Shown here: positions 37,205 to 50,454 of the stretch, one piece after another
Layout: each line of letters opens with the position of its first letter
Numbering within the stretch: position 1 is the stretch's first letter
Assembly: GCF_001194135.2 (NCBI RefSeq)
Contig: NC_068987.1
Coordinates: forward strand, 90,235,573-90,299,572
Source: Octopus bimaculoides
Lineage: Eukaryota
Direction of reading: 5' to 3'
DNA length: 64,000 nt
Notes under the pieces: model-generated
What the model saw: only the letters and a program-made list of their open reading frames with translations
What the model was told of the DNA's origin: nothing
Databases searched by the model: none
Made by a program: the position numbers and the translations under genes

Positions 37205-37575
37205 ATGCCACCAGCACGGGTGCTTTATAAACGTGCCACTAGCATGGGTGCTTTATATATGTGCTACCAGCACGGGTGCTTTATATATGTGCCACTAGCA
37301 TGGGTGCTTCATATATGTGCCACCAGCACAAGTGCTTTATATATGTGCCACTAGCATGGGTGCTTTATATATGTGCCACTAGCATGGATGCTTTATATAT
37401 GTGCCACCAGCACAAGTGCTTTATATATGTGCCACCAGCACAAGTGCTTTATATGTGCCACCAGCATGGGTGCTTTATATACATGCCACCAGTACGTGCT
37501 TTATATACATGCTACCATGGTGAGTGCTTTATATACATGCCACCAGCACGGGTGCTTTATATGTAGCACCAGCAC
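37205..37575. repeat. 28-bp tandem array, about 13 units (GTGCCACCAGCACGGGTGCTTTATATAT)
   Basis: contiguous units without spacers, embedded in a minus-strand RTE-type tail starting at about 37100. Confidence 0.95.
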
Positions 37576-38524
37576 CGTCATGATACATCATTTTCCCTAC
37601 AGCTATTTCTTTTCATCTCGTACAATAGTATATTTTTTTTTGTCTTTTTACAGAGAAATAATTATTTAATGTTCAATGAAAAAAATACTTATAGAACGGA
37701 ATATCTAACTTCAACTGGTTTTGAACTCTCACTCCGGCTATGAGACAAACACTTTCACACATGCATTTACACAGGATAGACTTTTAGTCTCCGCCTATCC
37801 AATCCACTCACAGGGTTTCGGCTGGCTTGAGACATTTGTGGAAGACACCTGCCCAAGGTGCCAACTCCGTGCTTTATTTCTTCTCCCCGACACAAAAACA
37901 AATGAAAAGTAAAGCTTTTCTACAAAAAGGAAAACAGGAAAATGTAAATGGTACACCATGTGAATAAAAGATAAAACAGTACAAGAGTGCTATATGGATA
38001 AGTGATATCTCCATGGGTAGGTTTTAGAGAGTACAAGCCAAATAGGGGAGCATCTATGTGGTTACTTGACTACCTAGAAACAGCAACCAACTCTTTCTCA
38101 ATACATTAGTTTTTAAAAATGGGAAGGACATACTGAATATCAAGATGGTGATGGTTGGAACTGTTCTGCTTACAGGTCAACTTAATCATGCCTGACCTGA
38201 CCAGGGGCTAAACAACAGCAATTTCATGTAATATGTTGAAGGGTCAAAAGCCAAGTGAAGTGAAATGACCCAGACAGGAATTTAACCAGTGTTGCAGAAC
38301 TTGGTTCATCAGGTACTTTCTATTCTGTTGGTCTAAGAAAATCTACCCAAAACCTACTACTACATAATATATTAAATGGAGAAAAAAAGAAAGAAAACAA
38401 ACAAATCTGCAAATAAAAAGAAAAGGAAACACACACACAAAGAAAAATAAGATACAAACATATCTTAGCTACTCGGATTTCTTGTACAAGTTCCAAGAAA
38501 GAAGGTTGAAGTGTATCTTATGTT

Positions 38525-38544
38525 GCATGATACATATATATTTT

Positions 38545-38596
<52 letters not shown>

Positions 38597-38601
38597 CATA
38601 T

Positions 38602-38642
<41 letters not shown>

Positions 38643-38770
38643 CATACATATATATACATATATATATACATACATATATATATATATGCATACATACATA
38701 TATACATACATACATACATATATACATACATACATATATACATACATACATATATACATACATACATGTA
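38525..38770. repeat. (TA)n/(TACA)n microsatellite
   Basis: direct reading. Confidence 0.95.
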
Positions 38771-39264
38771 TTTATTACCCTAATCACCACCACAATCATT
38801 GTTTTTATGCCCTTCCCCTAGCCTCATAATTGGGTTGAGCAAGTCTCAAAGAGTCTTACATACTTTACAATGTAATGGGTATATTTTTATATATTTATCA
38901 TGCTGCCAACACATGATAGAGGTTGGCTATAGCAGAAAGAAAAGCTTTCTTTTGCCCAGAATCAGTTTTTTTAAGAAGTTACTTCCCTCCCAGACAAGTT
39001 ACCTGTGATGTGGTTTGTTGAATCAACATCTCTTTCACTCATTCCGTCCTTTTGTTTTAGGTTTTTTTCTTTTTCTGTTTTCTTTGGCACCATTCTTTAT
39101 GGTTAGATGCCCTTCTTATCACCAAATGCTTTGCAGATTGCACTCTGCACATTTTATCATACGTCTATAGACGTTGGAATTTCAGTTTTGCAAACTGAAC
39201 AGAAATAATTGCACAGACAGGCAAGACAGATAATGTCTTACAATGCAATAGTTATAAAATATAC

Positions 39265-39306
<42 letters not shown>

Positions 39307-40936
39307 ACATACACAGAATCATCATCATCATTTAATGTCTGTTTTCCATGCTGGCATGGGTTGGATGGTTTGACAGGAACTGGCAAGCCAGAGCAGTATG
39401 ACAAGCTCCAATGTCTGTTTTGCCTGATATTGTGCATGTGTGTGTGAACACACACACACACACACACACATATATCAAACTTTGCTCCTACACAAAATTA
39501 ACATTGTATCTCCTCAATCATTATTGTCTTAAAAATCATCATCATCATCATACAGACAATCCTTTTACACGATTTTGTTGACATCTACCACAAATCTCAA
39601 ATCAAAATAACATTTTTAGTTTATAAAGAAACAATTATACAGCAACTGAGTTAAAGCGCGTGCACACACACACACTCACACACACACACACTCACACACA
39701 CACACACACACACAAAACACTAAAATCTGTGGTACTGTAGACAAACCTGCTTAACGCAATCCACAGTCTAAAAAAAAAAAAAGAAAGAAAGGAAGAAATC
39801 TAATAAATTGTATTTATGGATAGATGGGGCTATTATGGAAACATAAAAAGAATTTTTAAAAAATAAAATAAAATAAGTCAATAATCAGAATGAATTGAAC
39901 AGAAACAGTTGGTAAATCAATAATTTACCTATGTAACAGCTGGCTAAAAGTGAAGGCGTTAAATGAGAGTTGTAGAAATATTAGTTTGGTAAGTAGGGAG
40001 GAGGAAGAGGAGGATCTAGTAGGAGGAGGAGGAAATATAATAAGTCTATCATCCAATTTCATTGTTCACACTGAGATGTTTCTTTCCAATAAATAAACAA
40101 ACAAAGACTATTATTTCAACACTTTTCCTCAACACCATTCAGTTCTCTTTTATATAAATATACACAGCATGTCCTCCTCTGCATCAATATAGCAAAAACC
40201 CTTTCTTAAACACACACACAAACACACCTCTATACGTGTGTGTGTGTATGTGTGTATTGGTTTTGTTTTGTAACAGATCAATACAAAGATTAGGCAAAAG
40301 AAACACATGCAGGAGTCTTGCAACAACTTGTGCTTTTTATCTCCTAAACAGATTTATGTTCCATCGAGCTTAGCTTCGTATAGTATATCTGTGCAGATGT
40401 AAAAGGAGATGGCAGGCTGGGGTGGGGGTGGTGGCTTCCATGTTCAAAGTAAACATGAAAGAACAGAGCGAGAAAACTTCCAAATGTATTAGGTGTTATA
40501 TTTTCATCAAAATAATTCTTTCCCCTCTTCTAAATGAGATTATAAAATACAATATCTTTCTAGTTTTCTAGGGGTCAGAAAACATCTTCTGTAGAAAGAT
40601 ACAAAGTACAATACACACACACACACATATACACACAAATGCACTAAGATATTAGTACACACATATACACGCAGGCAGACAAAATATATATATATATATA
40701 TATATATAGATTAATACATAAATACATGCAAACATACACACACACATATATTGTATTAGTATATGTGTGTGTATACATATATATATATACACACACATAC
40801 AAACATTATATAAACACAAATACACAGCTTTATTTCTGCGTTTCATGCATGTATGCACATAAATTTATGTGCAAATGTAGAAATGAATGCACCAATAGGC
40901 AGTCATCCAGTGTAAGCGAGTGCACATGTATATTCC

Positions 40937-41284
40937 CTTTTTACTCGTGTCAGTCATTTGACTGCAGCCATGCTGGAGCACCGCCTTTAGTTGAAGAAAT
41001 CGACCCCAGGACTTGTTCTTTGTAAGCCTAGTACTTATTCTATCGATCTCTTTTGTTGAATCACTAAGTTACGGGGACATAAACACACCAACACCAGTTG
41101 TCAAGTGATGGGAAGGGGAGACAAACACACACACACACACACATATATATATACACACACACAATGAGCTACTTTCAGTTTCTGTCTACCAAATCCACTC
41201 ACAAGGTCTTGGTCAGCTTGAGGCTATAGTAGAAGACACTTGCCAAAGGTACCATGCAGTGGGACTGAACCCGAAACCATGTGA
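40937..41284 (-). mobile_element. SINE family A
   Basis: CAGTCATTTGACTGCAGCCATGCTGGAGCACCGCCTTTAG..GGGACTGAACCCG. Confidence 0.9.
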
Positions 41285-41830
41285 TGAGGTAATGAGTGTG
41301 TGATGTTCCATATGGAGGAAGTCAACAGCAGGTTTAAGTGGCTTTCATTAACAGAGCTCAACAGATGACAGACAGTAGCCATCTTCTGACAGGATTTCTC
41401 ATTCCCTTCTGTTCCCTTCTCCTCACCCACCAAAATTTCACACTTTACATTTACACAGCAAATTAATAGCAAATAGAAACCAAAAACCAAAAACAAGCAA
41501 CAAATGAACCCCAGCCAGACAAAAAAGCAGTAGCGAAACTTCTATATATGTTGTCATTCGACCTGCTTCATATAGCAAATGAAATTACTTTTCAAAAAAC
41601 CTCCCCACCGCCATTATGATAAAAAGGTGGAGGAAGGAGCATGGCGGAAATCATAGATTTTTTTTTTCTTTTGAATAGCAAGGACCAAAGAAAGTCAAGA
41701 TATCCATGAACACAAAGAAGCTGGATTACCAAACAAAGGAACCTCTACACAGTTTCTAGATTTGCAAAAATAGCAACTAAATTTTCCTTAAACTGCAACT
41801 TAATGCCTTAAGAAAAAAAAAGGTAAACAT

Positions 41831-42089
41831 TGGATTTGGTAGACGGAAACTGAAAGAAGCCTGTCATATATATGTGTGTGTGTGTGTATGTTTGTGTGTG
41901 TGTTTGTCCCCTCCAACATCGCTTGACAACCGATGCTGGTGTGTTTACGTCCCCGTAACTTAGCGGTTCGGCAAAAGAGACCGATAGAATAAGTACTAGG
42001 CTTACAAAAAATAAGTCCTGTGTTCGATTTGCTCGACTAAAGGCGGTGCTCCAGCATGGCCGTAGTCAAATGACTGAAACAAGTAAAAG
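41831..42089 (+). mobile_element. SINE family A 3' two-thirds, near consensus
   Basis: GGATTTGGTAGACGGAAACTGAAAGAAGCC..GACTGAAACAAGTAAAAG. Confidence 0.9.
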
Positions 42090-42425
42090 CGTATTGGATA
42101 ATGTAGTTCTAAGTATACCAAAAGACATGATGGTCATGTCTAGAATTTAGATAAAACTTGATCTAACGGAACAAAGGCTGGTTGATGACAACTGAAAGCC
42201 ATGATTTGGTCCAATTGGGTCTCATTTCTTTCAAGAACATTTAAAGTTAAAATAAGACTGAAGAAATACTTTTATTCTTTTACTGGTTTTAGTTACTGAA
42301 CTGTGGCCATGCTGGGGCAGTGCCTTCAAGATTTTGCTGACAATACCAACCCCAGGACTTCTATAGCTTTATACTGACCAGCACATAGCGAATAGAATTG
42401 GTAGACAGAAATTGAGAATCTCTCT

Positions 42426-42479
<54 letters not shown>

Positions 42480-42494
<15 letters not shown>

Positions 42495-42750
42495 TGTGTG
42501 TCTGTGTGTGTGTGTGTGTGTGATGCTCCCTTGCCTAGACTTCATGTGATAGTTGTAAGCAAATGTTATCGTCGAGTGGTGTCCATTTCCAGTCTTCTGT
42601 GAAAACATGGTCGCGGAGAAATATTACTTTACTTGGAAGGCAGGTGAGGGCTGGTGGCAGGAAGAGCATCCAGCTGTAGATTATTCCCCTAAACAAATTG
42701 CATCCAACCATGAAAATGTGGAAAAGTGGATGTTAAAACGGTGATGCGGA
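42480..42750 (+). mobile_element. SINE family C 3' part after (TG)n
   Basis: GGTGAGGGCTGGTGGCAGGAAGAGCATCCAGCTGTAG..GGAAAAGTGGATGTTAAAA. Confidence 0.7.
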
Positions 42751-43611
42751 TAAATTATAATAGAATGTTACTAAAATTATTACATTGAACAATTAAATCT
42801 ACAAGAAATTCTCTTGCGAAAGTAATAGCATGTGGTTCAGAACAGTCTGCCATGTCTACATATATTTAAAAAGATTCTGTCTGTTAAGTCCAGTTGGCTG
42901 TAATCTGTGATTAAGCTTCTATGAAACAAAGATAAGTCTTCTACCTGGTTTTGTTAAACTCAATAATATGTGACTTCTAAAACCAAATTGTCTTACAAAT
43001 TTATTTTTTCTTTCTCTCTAGAACAACATTTGATAAAAACATCAGACACTCTGGCATATATATATATATATATATAAAATAAGTACTGAGGTCAATTTGT
43101 TCAATCAAAATTTCTCGTGGCAGTGCTCCAGCATGGTCGCAGTCTAATGACTGAAATAAGTGAAAGATATGTTAGGGGCTGGAAAAGAATTTTGATCTCA
43201 CAGACCCATAATCACAGCTATGTGAATTGTACCCCAGATAAATTACCCAAACTTCACTTTTTCTCAAGATAGAGTGAGATTTGAAGACTAAACTGCTATT
43301 TCTAGCAAATCAAGTGATTAGATTTCCTGAGGAAATACTGTATTTATTGGTGGAGCAGAAAGAAATTGTCATTTTTAATAATTAATAAATTGTAAGAATG
43401 AAGAGAGAAAATATCCTATAAATTTTTTTTCTAGAATCATGTTACCATTTATTTTTAAGAGGTGACAAAGTAACTTTCAACATTTATATTTCATAGCAGC
43501 AGTTGTTTTAACTTTAGCCATTAAATGTCTTGTTGAAGAAAGTGGAGAATGGTACTAATGTAGTTTCAAATGTTGAGGCCTGAAATAATTCATTCCACCA
43601 ATATCCCCATC

Positions 43612-43830
43612 ATCATCGTTTAATGTCTGTTTTCCAAGCTGTCATGGGGTGGATGGTTTGACTGGAGACTGGCAAGCCAGGAGGCTGCACCAAGCTTCAA
43701 TCTGATCTGGCATGGTTTCTACAGCTGGATGCCCTTCCTAACGTCAACCACTCAGAGAGTGTAGTGGGTGTTTTTGATGTGCCATCAGCATGGGGAGCCA
43801 GTCAAGCGGCACAGGCATCAGTCACAACTA
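43612..43830 (-). mobile_element. RTE 3'UTR/tail fragment
   Basis: matches 52805-53000. Confidence 0.8.
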
Positions 43831-43902
43831 CAGTTTCCATTTGATTTTAATTATATTTGAATAATTATATTTGAATAACATTAAGCAGCAGCAATAATAA
43901 TA

Positions 43903-44345
43903 ATGGTTTCAAATTTTGGCACAAGGCCAGCAATTTTGGGGGAGGGGATAAGTTGGTTACATCAATCCTTGTGTTTTACTGGTACTTATTTCATCAACCC
44001 CAAAAGGATGAAAAAAAAAGTCAACTTCAGTGGAATTTGAACTCAGAACATAAAGACAGACAAAATACTGCTAAGCGTTTTGCCTGGAGTGCAAAGAATT
44101 CTGCCAGCTCACCAAATTTACAAATAATAATAATAACAATAATAAGACTTATTTCAAGTTTTAGCACAATGCCAACAATTTTAGGAAGGTATCAATCAAT
44201 GAAATCGACCCCAGTATATGACAAGTACTTTATTCTACTTTAAGATGGAAAGCAAAGTTGATGTTGGTGGAATCTGGAACTCAGACTGGTAATTGAAATG
44301 CTGGTAAGGATTCTGCTGGTGCACACCGCTAATAGTGGCAGCGGC
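43903..44345 (-). mobile_element. two tandem SINE family B copies separated by (AAT)n
   Basis: GGAATTTGAACTCAG at about 44030 and GGAATCTGGAACTCAG at about 44270; (AAT)n at 44123-44143. Confidence 0.75.
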
Positions 44346-44398
44346 AATGGTTTTCTACAATAGACACAAGGGCTGAAAGTATTCTGTGTAGAGTATTC

Positions 44399-44430
<32 letters not shown>

Positions 44431-44552
44431 ATGAATGAATGAAAGAAAGAAAGGACAGGATGCTCATATCTCTGATCAAAGACTTGCAACTATGTGCAGC
44501 AGACATGCACTGAACATCAAAAGAAATAGAACCCCACATTGCTGAGTGAAAG

Positions 44553-44870
44553 AAGGCATGGCTGTGAGGTTAAGAAGCCCATTTGCAACCATATGGTTTT
44601 GGGTTCAGTCCCATTGCATGGCACTTTGAGTAAATGTCATCTACTGTAGCCCAACGTTTTGTGAGTGTATGTGTGTGTGTGTGTGTGTCCACCACCAACT
44701 GATAATTAATGTTGGTTTGTTTATGTTTCTGTAACTTAGCAGTTCAGAAAAAGAGACTGATAGATCAATTATTAGACTTAAAAATATGTACTGGGGTTGG
44801 CTGGTTCGAGTACACCCTTCAAGATAGTGCCCCAGCATGCCCAGAGTCCAATGACTGAAATAAGTAAAAG
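44553..44870 (+). mobile_element. SINE family A
   Basis: GGGTTCAGTCCC head; ATGACTGAAATAAGTAAAAG tail. Confidence 0.82.
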
Positions 44871-47081
44871 TTAAAAAAGATAAATGACTGAGACACTCAA
44901 CAGTAATTGCTAACATGAGAGATCATTACGACTAAAGAAAAAAGAATCTTAAATCATTAAGCAATTATTTTGGTAAATAATTAATTTGACATGAGTTGAT
45001 ATCTTATCAATCATTAACTGAAGCCTTCCCCAAGGAAAGTAGAAGAAATATAAAACATAAAATGGGTAAAAAGAAAAAAAAAAGAGAAAATTAAACATCA
45101 AGAAAAAATATAGACTAAGACTGAAGTGGGGGAGGGGGGATTGACATCATTTAAATATTTGAAATAATTTAGATTGTTGTAATGAGAAGTCTGAAGGAAT
45201 GTTAAAGACAGAAGATTTGATAGTTGTGCAGCCGAAAAGGTTTCGTCTTTTACCTACAACTTTTGAATTTCTAATGTTAATCCTACATTAAACTTTAATA
45301 ATGTTAAGCTGACATTGCTAATAATTCTGTAATCCATTTCAGTGAATATCCTACAAGAGGATTACCATATAACAAGATTTCTTTCTTTGTTGGTGCCATG
45401 TCAACGAGCACCTGTGCTGGTGCCATATATAAAACACTGGGGTTGGTGCCATGTAAAAAGCATCAAGTACACTCTGTCAAGTGGTTGGTGCCACAAAGGA
45501 CATCAAATCATAGAAGCATTGCCAAAACAGACAATTGGAGTCTGGTGCAATCCTCTGGCTTGCTAGTTTCTGTTAAACAGTCCAACTCATGCCAGCATAG
45601 AAAATACATCTGCACAGAATTAATTTGTCTACAGAATTAATTTGTCTACAGAATTAATTTGTGAGAACAAACATATTCAGAAGGAATAAACTATAGTAAC
45701 TATCGTTTATTTCTTTGTAATTATTTGATTAATTTAAATAGTTCATGTATGGAACACTATACACATGTATGGAACACTATAAACATTGTTAAGATCTACA
45801 ATTCAAGGTTGCGGTCTGCATCAGTTGAAGTGAATCTGTAAAAGTTTGGAGAAAGAAACAAATCACACCAAATCGATTTCTTGCGAGGTATAAAAAATTC
45901 ATTGATTGGAACAACAGTCATTCTTTGGAGAGAGAGAAAATACGGATAATATGAGAGTGATAGAAACGGGAGTGAGAAAGAGATGAAAGAATAACGTGGT
46001 GTAAATGTGTGAAGAGAAAAGGAAAATGAAGTGTGAGAGCAGTGAGCAATGTCGGAGGAAATAAAGCCTACCAAGAGATGGTAGATGTTTTGCTAAATTA
46101 AAGAACAACTCTCTGAAATGAAACACTGCATCATCTTCTTATAAAGTGACAACTACAACAACAATAATTATCCAACCAAATACAATGAACTTTTTGGTGT
46201 TATTTATCTTAAGCAGACCTGAGATCAAAAGCATTCCAGCCATGGCCATCTTGTCTTTTTTTTTTTTTTTTCGGGTAGTGTATCTAGGACTATATTATAA
46301 ATGACTGGTGACCTTCTTTTATTAAGACTGTAGGGTGTGATTCAAGTGAATTTTTACTTATTTCTAACAGGTCACAAGGCCACATAAAAGCTTGAAACTA
46401 ATGTCATCAGNNNNNNNNNNNNNNNNNNNNNNNNNNNNNNNNNNNNNNNTTAACTGTCATTGCATCACACAAAAAGGATACTTACTGAATAAATTGATGG
46501 ACTTGGTATTGTTCAAACTATCAACACCTGAAATTAGAAATAAAAACTTAAGTCAGAATTGCATTAAAATTTATTGACAAAGTCCTTCTTACAACTAAGG
46601 TAAGTCTACTCAGAACAATACACTTCCCCCACTTTTTTTTAAAATCTAACACAGATTTATATGTCTATGTTACATTCAAAATTCACATACATACATGCAG
46701 AAACATTGTGTATATGCATAAGTGTGTGCACAAGAAATACACACATGTGGTAGCTGTTAACTTCGACAAAAGATGCAGCTGTACAGGAAACTACAAAACC
46801 ACAACTGTTCTCATCTCTATTATTCCTTCCATGCCCTCATGAGTGAGGAAGCTAGAGAAGAAGTGATTTTTTTTCTTCTTTCATTGCAATCACATGTGAT
46901 ACTCAGATGGTTGCAACAAAAGGGCCACTGCTTGTGTGTGGTACCAAGAAGCCTGAGACTTATGTTTTGGGGGTCGGGTGTGCATGCCTGCAATTCATAT
47001 TTTGCAGCATGTGTTCCACTCTTAGGAATGTTTGAAGCCAAAAAACCTTTTGTGACAGTATTTTTGTTAAACTATACTTAC

Positions 47082-47138
47082 ATCTGTTGTCTTTGAAAAT
47101 AATGAAGAATTCACTAAAGCAATTTTGTCATAATTAAA
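47082..47138 (-). CDS. candidate 57-nt exon (FNYDKIALVNSSLFSKTTD)
   Basis: ccag acceptor, GAT/gtaagt donor, phase 0-0; short and unassigned. Confidence 0.2.
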
Positions 47139-47342
47139 CTGGTATTTGTAACTCAATTAAAAACCAATAAAATTTTATGTAAATTTAGGATCGCTTTAGA
47201 ACAGGAAGTCCGCATCAGAGAATAAAGGGTTGTCTCAGGAAGATTGGTATCAAAAGGGTAAAAAATAACTGAAGTAAAAACAGGCAAGATAGTTACAAAC
47301 TACAAACATTTCATGTTTCAAAAGATTCTGTCCTTCTCTTAT

Positions 47343-47736
47343 ACTCTTTACTCTTTTACTTGTTTCAGTCATTTGACTGTGGCCATGCTGGAGCACTGCC
47401 TTTTAGTCAAGCAAACCGACCCCAGGACTTATTCTTTGTAAGCCTCGTACTTATTCTATCAGTCTCTTTTGCCGAACCGCTAAGTTGCGGGGACGTAAAC
47501 ACACCATCATCAGTTGTCAAGCGATGTTGGGCGGACAAACGCACACATACAAACATAAACACACACACATATATGACGGGCTTCTTTCAGTTTCCGTCTA
47601 CCAAATCCACTCACAAGGCATTGGTCGGTCTGTAACTATAGCAGAAGACACTTGCCCAAGGTGCGACACAGTGGGACTGAACCCGGAACCATGTGGTTGA
47701 TAAGCAAGCTAATTACCACACAGCCACTCCTGTGCC

Positions 47737-47739
<3 letters not shown>
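47343..47739 (-). mobile_element. SINE family A, full length
   Basis: complete head (GGTTCCGGGTTCAGTCCC) to tail (GTAAAAGAGTAAAGAG). Confidence 0.92.
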
Positions 47740-47783
<44 letters not shown>

Positions 47784-48054
47784 GCCCGGTAAAGGATACT
47801 TCTGAAAAATTGAAGAAATCATTATTACTAATGTCTTTCAATATACAAGACCAGCAGAAGAATTTAATGCAAAAGTCTATTTGAGTGAAGTGAACTTAAT
47901 GCCAAATATACTTGTGGCAGCAAATATATGCCACTTTAATTAAGTTGAAGTGTAGAGACATTAAAAGATATTATGTTCTATATTTAAGTCTATAGTGAGT
48001 CTGTGGTTAAAAACACTAGGAGACATATTGTGTCTCGGTTCATAGTTTTGTAGG

Positions 48055-48251
48055 AGAGTGAAGGGGGGGAGATGGGGAGAACAGGCGAGAAAGAAAGATG
48101 GAGTGAGGAATAGAGATGAAGGGAATGAGGAATAAAGATGGAAGAGAGAGAGAGAGAGAGTGAAACAGAGGGAAAACAAGAGAGAGGAGAGAGAGGAAAC
48201 AGTTTGAGAGACAGGGAGCAAGTCTGAGAAAAAAATATGTGAGCAAGTTGC

Positions 48252-48289
<38 letters not shown>

Positions 48290-48415
48290 AAGGAGCAAGA
48301 CAGATTGAGAAAGAGAAAATGTGAGAGCAAGAGAGAGTGAGAGAGAAAGAAAGAGAAAAGTGTGTGTGTGAAGAAAAAAAGTGTGTGTGTGAGCAAGTGC
48401 AAGAGAGAGCAAAGA
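48055..48415. repeat. purine-rich (GA) low-complexity tract
   Basis: direct reading; source of the S/L/F-rich ORFs. Confidence 0.9.
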
Positions 48416-48883
48416 AGATGATGCAAAAGCAGGCAGTATTGTTGCATCTCATCTTTATATTTTTTAGTTTGTTTATATAATTCCCCTAACAGGTCGATCA
48501 GTTTGCAGAAAGTACAGCCAAATGACTTGTTTCAGTTGATACGTTAGAATATCAGTACCGTGTTACCATCCTATGACCTACGAATTCAGTTTGATCTCCC
48601 CGCAGCTACTAAAGTTATAACCATCTCTAACTGCAGAAGCCATGCAATATAAAAGCTAATCAGAATTTAATAGTCAGCTTAAGAAGACTTTGCAAAGCCA
48701 CTTGCAAAGAAACATCAAGATTTCAGATAAAATAAATTATTGCTGAAAGCAAAATGTTCTTCAGAATAATTATTTTAAAAGCAAAAGCTCAACTGGTTTG
48801 TTTACTTTAATATTTATGATATTTAAATAATTATGGGAGTATAACTGATTTCATATCATCTACGACACACAGCCAGTGTGTTT

Positions 48884-49135
48884 GACCTGGCAATGACATG
48901 AGTAATGCTGCATCTTTCCAGGTGCACATTGCCAAGTTGGAAATGGAATGCAGGCATCTGGTTGGATGGAGTCTTAGAACTTTCAGAGCAAGGGGCCAGG
49001 AAACCAAGATGGGTTTCTGGAGGATATCCGTCCTCAGCTGTGTTGATTACTGGTCCAAACTAGGATCACCATGCAGTGTAAAATTAATGGCAGAAGTTGA
49101 AATAATCCAACAAAACTCCATAAAGACTGAAATGG
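48884..49135 (+). pseudogene. decayed CR1/L2-type LINE RT C-terminal fragment
   Basis: MSNAASFQVHIAKLEMECRHLVGWSLRTFRAR..W..SVLSCVDYWSKLGSP....AEVEIIQ resembles the CR1-group pattern F..HI...C..GW.LRTF..R...W...VL..LDYCS.LWSP...E.IQ. Confidence 0.7.
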
Positions 49136-49849
49136 TTAAAAGTTCACTCATTTCTGGACATGTTGGACAGAGCTATATGCATTTTGTTTTTCAAAAGGAT
49201 CACAGGGTTAGCTGCTGTTATTTAACTCTAGGTCAGCCTTGATCAAGTAAGCCTATGAACAAAGACACTCCATCCATGACCGTCTCTATCTAGCACTACA
49301 TTATTCATTATGTTTTTCTTTTAATAAGATGGTATGGAGCGATTTTAAATGAGATTTGAAGGTGGATGTCTTGGATTGCTTGTCAAGCAGTCAAATCTCA
49401 CGTCACATCATAGACAATGTGTAGACTCTCAGTCTTCTTAGATATTGTAGCTGATTAGCCCCATGTTAGGCATATCAGAGATGGTTTAGACAAAAAGGTG
49501 ATTCATTGATAACAATCTGAGTTTTCAAGATATATCATTGTTCAATGTGTTTGATGTATCCTCTATTTAAGGTGATAGGATATGATTCGAGGGAAAGTTG
49601 TCTGCTATTGCTAGCGAGGAAAAATAAAGTAAGAGACATGGATGGACTTTTCAAAGCCTGCAGTTTTAATAGAGAAACCAACATGCAAGTTGTTGAGCAG
49701 AGAGAGAGAGGGGGGGGATGAGAGAGTAGAGAATATGGGATGAAAATAGAAATGGATGTAGGTTTAATACATTACCAACAATCAGGGAGAGAGAGAGAAA
49801 GAGCACAATTTAGTAGACTACTAATTTGAATAAGCCATAAGCTTTATCC

Positions 49850-50330
49850 TGGATGCGTGTGGCATGCAGTCTTTCCTTGCCTTCTGTGCATGTTCTGTGT
49901 GTATGCATGTTTGTCTTGTCAGTATATCTGTGCTTGCTATCTGCGTGCTGTGTGTGTGTGTGTGTGCCTTGTCAGCATGCATGCTCATCTGCATGCATGA
50001 ATGCTTGTCAGTGTGCATGTATGTCTCATCTGTGTTTACATGTCTTGTATATCTCTCGTCCATGGAGGCACACGCCATAACTTCAGACATGTGCACATGT
50101 TTATGTAATTGCATGTGAGCAATACATGCATTGTTAATGCAGGCATGTTTTGTGTGCGTGTGTGTGGGAACATATGTCATCAGTGTGTGGGTGTGAGCAT
50201 GTTGTCTCCATGTGTATGCTCATATAGTCTGCACATGTGCATGTGAATATCAAGGCTGCAGGAGAGTGCATGTCATATCTGTGTATGAGCGAGGGTGTCC
50301 ATGTGCATTCTGTGCAGGTTTGTGTGCATA
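49850..50330. repeat. degenerate TG/CATG-rich block
   Basis: direct reading. Confidence 0.85.
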
Positions 50331-50454
50331 CATAAAAGTCAGATTTCAGATTTCAACTTTGTGACTGGTCATACCAGAAGTCATAGATTTTGGTGCTGAA
50401 GATTTAAAGAAACAATGTTGACCGACATGTAAACCTAACAATTGCTAGACAAAT

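Noticed and set aside
37205-37575. CRISPR-like appearance of the 28-bp hairpin repeat
   Set aside because: Units are contiguous with no unique spacers, there are no cas genes, and the context is eukaryotic with the motif derived from an RTE UTR.
46773-47096. 107-aa plus-strand ORF
   Set aside because: No motif or good splice boundaries, and the opposite strand is also open.
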